NCBI GenBank assembly: GCA_963723165.1
Contig: CAVRPP010000004.1
Span: 26,644-90,643 of the forward strand
DNA length: 64,000 nt
Direction: 5' to 3'
Source: an uncultured Actinomycetota bacterium
GTDB lineage: Bacteria; Actinomycetota; Acidimicrobiia; Spongiisociales; UBA4744
Shown here: piece after piece, positions 39,062 to 47,790 of the stretch
Position numbering within the stretch: the stretch's first letter is position 1
Layout: each line of letters begins with the position of its first letter
The notes under the pieces: generated by a model
Seen by the model: the letters and a program-made list of their open reading frames with translations, nothing else
Database searches by the model: none
What the model was told of the DNA's origin: nothing
Position numbers and translations under genes: made by a program

Positions 39062-39479
39062 GGGGCAATCCCGTTCGGTAGAGGATGATCTTGGTCGCAT
39101 CCGTGACGAGCTCCGCCACCACCAACACCCCGAGGGCGGCATGAGCGATCCAGAAGTACTCCGTTTCGGCCATGGCGAGAACCAGGACCACCAACAATCC
39201 GGTCCCGAGAACGTATCCGCCGACGTACTCGCCGAACCTGTCTATCTTCCGGTCGCGCTCGTCTGAGCCGTCGATTTGCCTTGTCACGATGGCGAGCAGG
39301 ATGTGGCTGACCACGATGAGTGCAACGAACACTGCGACCATCACTATGAGAAGGCCTTGGTAATCGATCTTGCTGAGGGGGGTAGTAGCGGCATCACCAA
39401 GGATCTTGATGGCGTACCAGCCGTAGATGAGCACCGTGGCAGCCGCCACGATCCAGGTACTTCTCTCTTCCGACGTCAT
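39051..39479 (-). CDS. small 4-TM membrane protein (DUF2178-like) paired with the HTH regulator
   Basis: 142-aa hydrophobic ORF. A membrane protein plus short XRE regulator is a recurrent pairing. The family name is a recollection only. Confidence 0.7.
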   Translation of the reverse strand: MTSEERSTWIVAAATVLIYGWYAIKILGDAATTPLSKIDYQGLLIVMVAVFVALIVVSHILLAIVTRQIDGSDERDRKIDRFGEYVGGYVLGTGLLVVLVLAMAETEYFWIAHAALGVLVVAELVTDATKIILYRTGLPLGS

Positions 39480-39543
39480 CGCCTATCCACTCCTTATGTC
39501 TGGTGTACCTTACTTAATGTAAAGTAGACCATACAGAGCGAAA

Positions 39544-39561
39544 GGTCAAGCGGGTTTGACC
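39544..39561 (-). terminator. possible intrinsic terminator after the GNAT gene
   Basis: Stem GGTCAA/TTGACC with a 6-nt loop, followed on the minus strand by TTTCGCTCT. Confidence 0.35.
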
Positions 39562-39654
39562 TCATCGGTACTGGCGCCTCCGTTGTGGAACCCCAACTCG
39601 CCCTACGCGATCCGCGCGTACGGCGCCCTTCCTTAGGCGGGAAACCGTCCGAAA

Positions 39655-40443
39655 TCAGCGGTGCAACCTGGCGACGCGTTTGGCCATCATCTTGTAGACG
39701 CGGTCATAGGAGGGCGGCGGACCCTTCTGAACGGTCCTCCCGTCCAGGTAAACGCAATCAGACTGTCCGCACGCAATCATGGCTGATTGCTCACTGGTAT
39801 CGACACTCTCAAAGACAACATCGTCGCCAAGTGCGTCCGCTGCCCTCCTCGCTCGCTCGTACACGAGATTGCTTGCCGGGCACCATCCATTGACAAACGC
39901 CGTGACCGCCACTTTGCCGGCAACAGGGGCCGGCTTGCGTCCCTGCTTGATCCAACGGGGAGGAAGCGCGTCGTCGGTGAACGGTTTCCACACCAGGACC
40001 TGGGTCCCCTGCCGATCGGCCTGGAGGTAGCCGTGCTGTTTGAACCACGCGGATTTCATCCAGAACGGCAAGGCCACCCCCCAGGCTGCCACTCCTTTTG
40101 CACCCAGGTCCCTGATGTCCCGCTCGGCGGCCGCCAGCAACGCCGTGCCCACTCCGCGACCCTGCTGTTTGCCAACACCTTGCTTGTAGCCGTGCACCCA
40201 GACGCACATGACCATGTAGAGGTCGGAGCCAAGAGCCATAGAGTGCTCAATGGGCAGGTACTGGATCATGCCAACCGGCCGGTCGTCATCGCCGATGGCC
40301 AGCTTGACCCGCAGCCCCCGGTCCCGCATCGTGCGGTACCAGCGAGCCTTGTGGTCCCCGGCCTCTTGCATCTCGGAGGACCAGTCCTCGAGGCACACCA
40401 GGTAAGAATCCTCATATCGCGCGGAGAGATCCACGATCTCCAT
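39655..40443 (-). CDS. GNAT N-acetyltransferase fused to a C-terminal thioredoxin-fold / YoaP-like domain
   Basis: Start MEIVDLSARYED at 40443; the longer ORF overlaps pip on the other strand. GNAT core QGRGVGTALLAAA. C-terminal VTAFVNGWCPASN...VYLDGR. Confidence 0.8.
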   Translation of the reverse strand: MEIVDLSARYEDSYLVCLEDWSSEMQEAGDHKARWYRTMRDRGLRVKLAIGDDDRPVGMIQYLPIEHSMALGSDLYMVMCVWVHGYKQGVGKQQGRGVGTALLAAAERDIRDLGAKGVAAWGVALPFWMKSAWFKQHGYLQADRQGTQVLVWKPFTDDALPPRWIKQGRKPAPVAGKVAVTAFVNGWCPASNLVYERARRAADALGDDVVFESVDTSEQSAMIACGQSDCVYLDGRTVQKGPPPSYDRVYKMMAKRVARLHR

Positions 40444-40572
40444 CAGCGCCTCCTGTTTGGCTCGAACGCTACACCCCCCCGACGAAGCGATCACCAGACC
40501 GCCGGTCGGCGTTTCCTGTACTGAAAAGCGCGCCGGTAATCTCGCAGGGTCCGGCGCACGAAGGAGCAGTTG

Positions 40573-41529
40573 GTGCAGGTCCAATTCCCACCGGTTGAAC
40601 CGTACGACCGCGGCATGCTGGATACCGGCGACGGCCACTCCGTGTACTGGGAGTGCAGCGGAAACCCAAAAGGCAGACCGGCTCTTTTTCTCCACGGCGG
40701 ACCCGGCTCGGGGAGCTCGCCCGGACAGCGGCGGTTCTTCGATCCGAATGCTTTCCGGATCGTGCTGTTTGATCAGCGCGGCTGCGGACGGAGCCTGCCG
40801 TTGGCCGAAGAGCCGGATGCCAATCTCACCAGCAACACCACCTCTCACCTGATCGGTGATATCGAGGCAATCCGCCGGCTCCTGGATGTTGATAGCTGGA
40901 CCATTCTTGGCCTGTCCTGGGGAACCACCCTCGGGCTGGCGTACGCGCAGACCCATCCGCTGCGTGTCAACGGGTTGGTGCTGGCCCTCGTGACCACCAC
41001 TTCTCGGCGTGAAGTGGAGTGGTTGACCCGCGACGTGGGACGGATCTTCCCGCACCAGTGGTACCGGTTCGCCGGGGCCGTGCCCGAAGAGATGCAGCAC
41101 CTGTCACTGGTCGATGCGTACGCCACCCTGTTGTTTCATTCCGATCCGGACGTCCGTGAGTGGGCGGCAAGCGAGTGGTGCGCATGGGAGGACGCCCACG
41201 TGTCCCTCACCCCCGGGCACCGCCCCAACCCCCGCTTTCAGGACCCCGGATTCCGCCTTCGGTTCTCCCGCCTGGTCACCCATTACTGGAGAAACGCCGC
41301 CTTCCTGGAGGACGACCAACTCCTCAGAGATGCCTCACTCCTCGATGGCATCCCCGGTGTGCTGATACACGGCCGCTACGACGTTAGCAGCCCGCTCGAA
41401 ACCGCCTGGCGGCTGTCCCGGCAGTGGACCTCCAGTCGTCTGCAGGTCCTCGAGGATGCCGGACACGGCGGGGGTGACACTCTGCTGGCGGCCATCGGCA
41501 GCGCCCTGGCCCAGTTCGCCGCCGATTGA
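40573..41529 (+). CDS. pip: proline iminopeptidase (S33 alpha/beta hydrolase)
   Basis: FLHGGPGSG, FDQRGCGRS, nucleophile GLSWGTTL. RBS AAGGAG lies 6 nt before the GTG at 40573. Confidence 0.9.
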   Translation: MQVQFPPVEPYDRGMLDTGDGHSVYWECSGNPKGRPALFLHGGPGSGSSPGQRRFFDPNAFRIVLFDQRGCGRSLPLAEEPDANLTSNTTSHLIGDIEAIRRLLDVDSWTILGLSWGTTLGLAYAQTHPLRVNGLVLALVTTTSRREVEWLTRDVGRIFPHQWYRFAGAVPEEMQHLSLVDAYATLLFHSDPDVREWAASEWCAWEDAHVSLTPGHRPNPRFQDPGFRLRFSRLVTHYWRNAAFLEDDQLLRDASLLDGIPGVLIHGRYDVSSPLETAWRLSRQWTSSRLQVLEDAGHGGGDTLLAAIGSALAQFAAD

Positions 41530-41570
41530 GCGCGACGAGACAATTCGACACGAATCCCCGGACGACCCGC

Positions 41571-42479
41571 TCAATCCTCCTCGTCCTGGCGGATCATCGT
41601 CCCGATTCCTTCCGGCGTGAAGATCTCGAGCAGAAGCGCATGCTGGACCCGACCGTCGAGGACATGGGTGCGGCGGACTCCCGCCTCTAGCGCCGCAACA
41701 CACGATTCCAGCTTGGGGAGCATTCCCCCGGAAATGGATGCGCTCCCCAACAGGTCTTTGGCTTCTGAAAGGTTCATCTTCTGGATCAAACTCGCGTCGT
41801 CTTCTGCATCGCGGTAGAGGCCTTCCACATCGGTCAAATAGACCAGTTTCTCCGCCTTCAGCGCCGCCGCCAGCACCCCGGCGGCGGTATCGGCATTGAG
41901 GTTGTACACCTGCCCGTCGTCGATGCCGCGGGCCAGCGGGGCGATCACCGGCACCAGGCCGTGTTCGAACATCCCGTGAATGATCTCTGTGTCCACCTCG
42001 GCTACCTCACCAACGTAGCCAAGCCGCGGGTCCTTCTGCCGGGCTGCCAGCAAGCCACCGTCGATACCGGTGATACCGGCCGCCCGCGCCTCGTGGCCAA
42101 TGAGCAATCGGACGATGTCCGGATTGACCTCGCCCGCCAGTACCGACTGCACGATCCTGACGGTTTCGGCGTCCGAGACGCGCAAGCCGTCGACCCACTG
42201 GGATTCGATCCCGACCTTGCGAAGGGACTCGTTGATCTGCGGACCGCCTCCATGGACCACGACCGGTTTGATACCGACCAGAGAGAGCATGGTGACATCG
42301 CCGGCGAAACTGTGGCGGAGATGGTCGTCGACCATGGCCGAGCCGCCGTACTTGATAACCACGGTCTTGCCGCGAAAAGCCTGGATATACGGCATCGCCT
42401 CCATCAAGATGCGGGCTTTGCCCATCGTCGTGGCGATTCGTGACTTCACGACGCTCGGGGCTGAATGTCCGAGAGCCAT
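41571..42479 (-). CDS. argB: acetylglutamate kinase
   Basis: EAMPYIQAFRGKTVVIKYGGSAM, VVHGGGPQI. Start at 42479 follows GAGGGGAGG. Confidence 0.9.
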   Translation of the reverse strand: MALGHSAPSVVKSRIATTMGKARILMEAMPYIQAFRGKTVVIKYGGSAMVDDHLRHSFAGDVTMLSLVGIKPVVVHGGGPQINESLRKVGIESQWVDGLRVSDAETVRIVQSVLAGEVNPDIVRLLIGHEARAAGITGIDGGLLAARQKDPRLGYVGEVAEVDTEIIHGMFEHGLVPVIAPLARGIDDGQVYNLNADTAAGVLAAALKAEKLVYLTDVEGLYRDAEDDASLIQKMNLSEAKDLLGSASISGGMLPKLESCVAALEAGVRRTHVLDGRVQHALLLEIFTPEGIGTMIRQDEED

Positions 42480-42516
42480 CAACCGCCTCCCCTCAACGCC
42501 GGTCCCAGGACGTGGT

Positions 42517-43551
42517 TCACGGCATCCACCCGTCAAGAGGGAGACCGGTGCTCTCGTCGACTCCCAGCATCAGATTGGCGACCTGGATCGCTTGCCCGGC
42601 CGCTCCTTTGATCAGGTTGTCGATAGCGGTGAGGACAATAGCTCGGCCGGTCGATTCGTCGACATATGCGGTCACCATCGCCCGGTTGGAGCCGACGACC
42701 CAGCGTGTTTGCGGAGAGTTGTCGATCACATCTACGAAGGTGGTATCCCGATAGGCTGTCTGCAGGACCTCCATCAGCTCACTGCGCTCGGCCGGCTCGG
42801 CTAGTACAGCCGTGGCGGTCGACAGAATCCCTCTCTGCATAGGCACTAGATGAGGAGTGAACGTGACGGACACTCGTGGAATCCCGGACGCCAACTCGAG
42901 CGCCATCTCGATCTCGGGCCGGTGGCGATGGCGCCCAACCGCATAGGCACCAACGTTCTCGTCGATGGCTCCAAACAGCAGGTCTTCGCGAAGCGATCTT
43001 CCGGCGCCGGATACACCGGATACCGCATTGACCACGATCCCCGTCGGTTGAATCAACCTTGCGGCCAGGAGCGGGGCCAGGCCGAGCACGGCGGCCGTCG
43101 GATAGCAACCGGGAGCGGCAACACCCGGGGCAACCGACAGCACATCACCGAACAGTTCCGGCAGCCCGTACGGCCACTCCCCCAGCCGGTCTGGGAAAGG
43201 GTGTGGTTCCGTGTAGGCGGATTGGTAGCGCTGCTGCGTATCGAGGCGATAGTCGCTCCCTAGATCGACAACGCCCACTCCCCGTTCGAGCAATTCAGGG
43301 GCCACCCGCGCCGAAGCGCCGTGCGGCAATGCCAGAAACGCAAGATCCACCTGCCCGACCGCTTCCGGGTCAATCGATCCAAGCACACGCTCACCGCCGG
43401 AAAGGTGCGGATGGACGTCGCCGAGCAATCGCCCGGCGTTGGTCCTGGCTCCCAGGTGAGCCACCTCGAAGAACGGGTGACGATCGAGAAGCCGCACCAG
43501 TTCCCCTCCCGCGTATCCGGATGCCCCAAGCACCGCAACGCTGTGGCTCAA
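42517..43551 (-). CDS. argC: N-acetyl-gamma-glutamyl-phosphate reductase
   Basis: VAVLGASGYAGGEL, active-site PGCYPT. TTG start at 43551 follows GAAGGA; the longer ORF is rejected. Confidence 0.9.
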   Translation of the reverse strand: MSHSVAVLGASGYAGGELVRLLDRHPFFEVAHLGARTNAGRLLGDVHPHLSGGERVLGSIDPEAVGQVDLAFLALPHGASARVAPELLERGVGVVDLGSDYRLDTQQRYQSAYTEPHPFPDRLGEWPYGLPELFGDVLSVAPGVAAPGCYPTAAVLGLAPLLAARLIQPTGIVVNAVSGVSGAGRSLREDLLFGAIDENVGAYAVGRHRHRPEIEMALELASGIPRVSVTFTPHLVPMQRGILSTATAVLAEPAERSELMEVLQTAYRDTTFVDVIDNSPQTRWVVGSNRAMVTAYVDESTGRAIVLTAIDNLIKGAAGQAIQVANLMLGVDESTGLPLDGWMP

Positions 43552-43577
43552 ACCGTGTCCTTCTTCGAAGAGTCCCA

Positions 43578-43600
43578 GACTATACGCATATACGCATAGT
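43578..43600 (-). promoter_or_regulatory. candidate ArgR operator (ARG-box-like) upstream of argC-argB
   Basis: GACTATACGCATATACGCATAGT lies 27 nt upstream of the argC start. It differs at one position from the site at 36971-36993. Confidence 0.55.
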
Positions 43601-43621
43601 CCGGCAAACACATCGGTCTTC

Positions 43622-45196
43622 CTACCCGGGCGGTACCAGATCGAGTTCGGAGATGGGGGGTACCACATCACCGAACAACCAGGCCTCGAACAGGTCGTCG
43701 AGGTCCCGGCCCGCGATTTCTTCAGCCAGAGCCACAAAGTCGCTTGTCTCCGCGTTCTGATGCCGGTAGGCGGTCGCATAGGAGCGAAGAACCTCGAAGA
43801 AATCGTCGTCTCCGATCCGCAACCGGAGGGCGTGAAGCGTCAGGGCACCGCGCTGGTACACGGAAGCGTTGAACATATTGTCCAGAGGAGGAGAACCGGG
43901 CGGAGGAAACTGTTGCATCGCCCGGGTTGCGGCCAGCTCAGGCGAAACCCCCTCGGAGACCAGGTTCAATCCGCTGACCGTGGCGTAAGCCTCCCGAACG
44001 CGCACCTCCAGCCTCCCGGGCCCTTCGGCATGTTCCTCCCAAAGCCACTGTCCGTAGGTAGCGAAACCCTCGTTCAACCAGATGTCTTTCCAGGTCGATG
44101 GGGTCACGCTGTCCCCGAACCACTGGTGAGCCAGCTCATGAGCAACAACGGCTTCGCCCAGACGGAGCACTCCCCTACCGAAGGTGGACATCGTCTGCGT
44201 CTCAACCGCGGCCGCCAGGTCGGCGTCGACAACCACCGAACCATATGAATCGAACGGGTAAGGCCCGAAAACGGCGGAGAAGTACTCGATCATTTCCGAC
44301 TGCCGGGCGAAGTAGCTCCGCTCGAAGTCGGTTATTCCGGGTGAGAAGTAGTTGCGGATCGGCAAGCCCTGGGGGCCGGCTTCGGGTACCTCTTCGAACA
44401 AGCCCACCGCGATCAATGTGAGATAGCTGGCGATTGGGTCATCAGACACATACACAAAGGTCGTCGCCGCTCCGTCGGACCGTTTCTCTTCGAGCAACCC
44501 ATTGGAGACGGCGACGTAGGGGACGTCTACCGTCACGCTGATGGAATAGATGGCTTTGTCCGAAGGATGGTTGTTCACCGGGTACCAGGTCGTTGCCCCA
44601 TCGGGTTCGTTGACCGTGAACAAACCGTCCTGGCTTCTGATCCACCCGTTCGGGATCAGCACCGACCCCGGGGACACCTGCCCGGCTACCCCTGCGTAGC
44701 CAACAGTTACTGTGAAAGTGCTGCCACGCTCCAGTCGAGCCTCAACCGTCAGTTCGCCGTCCTTCAGAGAGAAGACCGCTTCCTCGCCGTCAACCGCTAC
44801 CGCGGAGACTTCGAGTCCCTGGAGATCGAGATTGAAGGAAGCCAGGGCGTCGAGGGCGACCGCCTCGATGGTCGCCACACCGGCCAGGGCTCCGGTGGCT
44901 ACGTCCAGGTCGATATCGAGGTCGTAGGTGGTCACGTTGTAACCACCGTTGCCTGCGGCCGGATTGTAGGGGTCGCCCAAACCTGCAGATCCGGGTGTCC
45001 CCGGTCCCGTGTCTTTGGGATCGGTTGGAGCAACCAGAGCGGTCGTGGCTGTTGTTTCGGGAGGAGGATTCGAAGTGGTCGTTGTCTCAACGGTCCCGGC
45101 TGTGCAACCGGCGAGCGTCAGGAGCATGGCGGCGCTCAGCGCTGCCCCCCAACCCGGTCGGTTACTCCGCTCCCTCACCAGGATCCTCCATGTCAT
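43622..45196 (-). CDS. M1-family zinc aminopeptidase, lipoprotein
   Basis: Lipobox LTLAGC. HELAHQWFG (HExxH) and WLNEGFATY. Confidence 0.9.
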   Translation of the reverse strand: MTWRILVRERSNRPGWGAALSAAMLLTLAGCTAGTVETTTTSNPPPETTATTALVAPTDPKDTGPGTPGSAGLGDPYNPAAGNGGYNVTTYDLDIDLDVATGALAGVATIEAVALDALASFNLDLQGLEVSAVAVDGEEAVFSLKDGELTVEARLERGSTFTVTVGYAGVAGQVSPGSVLIPNGWIRSQDGLFTVNEPDGATTWYPVNNHPSDKAIYSISVTVDVPYVAVSNGLLEEKRSDGAATTFVYVSDDPIASYLTLIAVGLFEEVPEAGPQGLPIRNYFSPGITDFERSYFARQSEMIEYFSAVFGPYPFDSYGSVVVDADLAAAVETQTMSTFGRGVLRLGEAVVAHELAHQWFGDSVTPSTWKDIWLNEGFATYGQWLWEEHAEGPGRLEVRVREAYATVSGLNLVSEGVSPELAATRAMQQFPPPGSPPLDNMFNASVYQRGALTLHALRLRIGDDDFFEVLRSYATAYRHQNAETSDFVALAEEIAGRDLDDLFEAWLFGDVVPPISELDLVPPG

Positions 45197-46565
45197 GCTC
45201 GACGGCCCAGGCGCGGACCAGACGATACGCGTCCGCAGGCTCGTAGGGTCCGGCTTCGATGCGGTGCTCCGTCAACATCTCCATGATTGCCCCGATTCGG
45301 GGCCCGGGTGGAATGCCGAGAAAGGCCATTACGTCGTTGCCGTCGATCGGAGGCCGCAGCGACTCGAGTTGCTCCTTCTGGCGGAGGTCCGCAATCCGCG
45401 CTTCGAGTTCATCGATATGGTGCTGGATCTCCAGGGCGCGCGCCTTGTTGCGCGTGGTTACGTCGGAACGCACCAGTTGATTGAGGTCGTCCAGCAGGGG
45501 CCCGGCATCTCGCACGTAGCGCCGCACGGCAGAATCGGTCCATCCCATCTTGAATGTGTGGGGTCGCAGGTGCAGGAAAACCAGTTGGCCGACGTCTGAG
45601 ACAATCGCTTTGGGGTATCGCAGTTCCCGCAGGCGCTGGCGCGCCATCCGGGCGCCGACCACTTCATGGTGGTGAAACGTGGCTCCGGCCCCGGAAAACT
45701 GCCGCGTTGCGGGCTTCCCGATATCGTGCAGCAACGCGGCCAGTCGCACTTCGAGCTTCGGCTCCGTTTTGTCGACCACCGCGATCGTGTGCGCCAATAC
45801 GTCCTTGTGCCGGTGCACGGGATCTTGAGCCATCGCCAGATCGGCCAACTCCGGGACAATGTGATCAGCGAGTCCGGTTCGCACCATGCCGAGCAGCGCT
45901 CGCCCCGGGAGCGGGGCGACCAGCAGTTTCGAGAGTTCGTCCCGAATCCGTTCCGGGCTGACGATGCCCAGACGGTCGGCCATGTCGGTAACGGCTTCGA
46001 GCGTCGCGGGCTCCGGTTCGAATTCCAGGGTGGCCATGAAGCGGAACAGGCGAACCATCCGGAGTGGGTCATCGGAGAAGGAAATCTCAGGCGCCAGTGG
46101 AGTCCGCAGCACTCGGGCGTTGAGATCACCAAGCCCACCATGAGGATCGATCAATTCCGGATCGGGCAAACGCACGGCAATGGCGTTGACGGTGAAATCT
46201 CGACGGGACAGATCGACCTGGAGATCATCGGCGAATACCACGTGGGGCTTGCGGCTCTCGCTGCGATACACCTCGCTCCGGAAGGTGGTGATCTCGTGGA
46301 CATGCCCCTTCTTGACCACCCCGATGGTCCCAAAGGCCTCACCGACTGTGAAAACGGTGTCCGCATAGTCGTCCACAATCATCTTGATTTGATCGGGCCT
46401 GGCGTCGGTTGTGAAGTCCAGGTCGAAGTGAGGGCGGTCGAGCAGTGCATCCCGCATCGAGCCGCCGACCAGGTACAGCTGATGCCCGGCTTCTTCGAAG
46501 AGTCGGGCAAGATGCAGGGGAACGCCTTCTGGTTCAAGCAACCAGGACAGTCTCAGGGGAATCAT
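45162..46565 (-). CDS. cca: CCA tRNA nucleotidyltransferase / poly(A) polymerase family with HD domain
   Basis: LYLVGGSMRDALL, DLDFTT, RDFTVNA, HD-domain HRHKDVLAHT...LLHDIGKP. Confidence 0.9.
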   Translation of the reverse strand: MIPLRLSWLLEPEGVPLHLARLFEEAGHQLYLVGGSMRDALLDRPHFDLDFTTDARPDQIKMIVDDYADTVFTVGEAFGTIGVVKKGHVHEITTFRSEVYRSESRKPHVVFADDLQVDLSRRDFTVNAIAVRLPDPELIDPHGGLGDLNARVLRTPLAPEISFSDDPLRMVRLFRFMATLEFEPEPATLEAVTDMADRLGIVSPERIRDELSKLLVAPLPGRALLGMVRTGLADHIVPELADLAMAQDPVHRHKDVLAHTIAVVDKTEPKLEVRLAALLHDIGKPATRQFSGAGATFHHHEVVGARMARQRLRELRYPKAIVSDVGQLVFLHLRPHTFKMGWTDSAVRRYVRDAGPLLDDLNQLVRSDVTTRNKARALEIQHHIDELEARIADLRQKEQLESLRPPIDGNDVMAFLGIPPGPRIGAIMEMLTEHRIEAGPYEPADAYRLVRAWAVEHDMEDPGEGAE

Positions 46566-46582
46566 TCTGTCGGTCAGGATAG

Positions 46583-46612
46583 GCAGAAGGGCCGCACTTG
46601 CGGCCCTTCTGC
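46583..46612 (-). terminator. strong hairpin between pilT and cca
   Basis: GCAGAAGGGCCGCA-CT-TGCGGCCCTTCTGC, with 14-nt perfect arms. No clear U-tract. Confidence 0.5.
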
Positions 46613-46645
46613 TACCTACCTCACTTCGCCCGCTCTGGCAGGGAT

Positions 46646-47728
46646 TCAGACGGCCACGAGCCCGGCTTGTTCGGCCTGGACCCTCATATCATGGGGGTTG
46701 CTGGCGTTGGACAGCGCTTCCTGGAAAGCGATCAGTCCCTTCTTGAAGAGCTGCAGAATCGAGCTGTCGAAGGTCTGCATCCCGTAGAACTCACTCTCGC
46801 CGATCACGTCGGCCAGCGTATGGGTCTGTCCCTCGGCGACGACCCGGTCAAAAACCCTCGCATTCATGGTCATGACTTCGATGGCAGGCACCCGGCCGTG
46901 GCCATCACTTCGCTCGAGCAGCCGCTGGCTGACCACGCCCCGCAGCGTGCTGGCCAGCAGCAGCCGGATCTGCTTCTGCTGATACGGCGGGAAGAAGTCC
47001 ACAATCCGGTTGATGGTCTCCGTTGCATCGATCGTGTGGAGTGAAGACAGAACTAGATGTCCGGTTTCGGCGGCTTTCAAAGCCGCCTGGACGGTCTCCG
47101 CGTCCCGCATCTCACCGATCATGATCACATCGGGATCCTGGCGGAGTACCCGCTTCAAAGCTTCTGAGAAATCTCTCGTATCGGATCCCACCTCGCGCTG
47201 CGCGACGATCGCCATCTTGTCCGAATGCAGGACCTCAATCGGATCTTCGATCGTGAGGATGTTGACCCGCTTGGTGCTGTTGATGAAATCAATCATCGAA
47301 GCAAGAGTTGTCGATTTGCCAGACCCGGTCGGCCCGGTCACCAGCACCAGCCCGCGAGGCTCGTTGGACAGCTTGTTGAGAATGGGAGGCAGACCCAGAG
47401 TTTCAAAGCTCTTCGTCGACGGCAAAACCTGGCGGAGAACCAAGCTCACAGAACCCCTCTGCCGGAATACGTTGACCCGGAACCTGCCGAGATCTGATTT
47501 CCCGTAGGCAAAATCGGCCTCGCTGTTCTCTGAAAACTCCGTAACCGCCCTGGGGGTCATAATGCTCTGCGCATACGACTCCGTGTCCTGGGGCGTCAAG
47601 GTCGGCAGGCTCGTGGGGTGAAGATCTCCATCGATACGCATGACCGGAGGCGAACCAACCTTGAGATGGACGTCGGATGCTTCGACATCCATCATCTTCC
47701 TCAACAATTCGTCGAGCGGTACGGTCAT
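46646..47728 (-). CDS. pilT: type IV pilus retraction ATPase PilT-like
   Basis: ASDVHLKVGSPP, Walker A GPTGSGKSTT, TIEDPIE, GEMRD, His box GHLVLSSLHT. Start at 47728 follows GGAGGA. Confidence 0.9.
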   Translation of the reverse strand: MTVPLDELLRKMMDVEASDVHLKVGSPPVMRIDGDLHPTSLPTLTPQDTESYAQSIMTPRAVTEFSENSEADFAYGKSDLGRFRVNVFRQRGSVSLVLRQVLPSTKSFETLGLPPILNKLSNEPRGLVLVTGPTGSGKSTTLASMIDFINSTKRVNILTIEDPIEVLHSDKMAIVAQREVGSDTRDFSEALKRVLRQDPDVIMIGEMRDAETVQAALKAAETGHLVLSSLHTIDATETINRIVDFFPPYQQKQIRLLLASTLRGVVSQRLLERSDGHGRVPAIEVMTMNARVFDRVVAEGQTHTLADVIGESEFYGMQTFDSSILQLFKKGLIAFQEALSNASNPHDMRVQAEQAGLVAV

Positions 47729-47790
47729 CTTTCCTCCGGGAGCGCGGGCGGTTGCTGTCGGAGAAAGTATCGGCAACGTGGGGTCCGTTC

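Noticed and set aside
40444-41100. N-terminal 219-codon extension of the GNAT ORF (39655..41100)
   Set aside because: The extension overlaps the well-supported pip gene on the other strand and has no GNAT similarity. The internal ATG at 40443 gives a normal-length protein.
43552-43779. N-terminal extension of the argC ORF
   Set aside because: The extension covers the ARG-box-like site and has no ArgC similarity. TTG at 43551 with an upstream GAAGGA gives the canonical 344-aa protein starting ...VAVLGASGYAGGEL.
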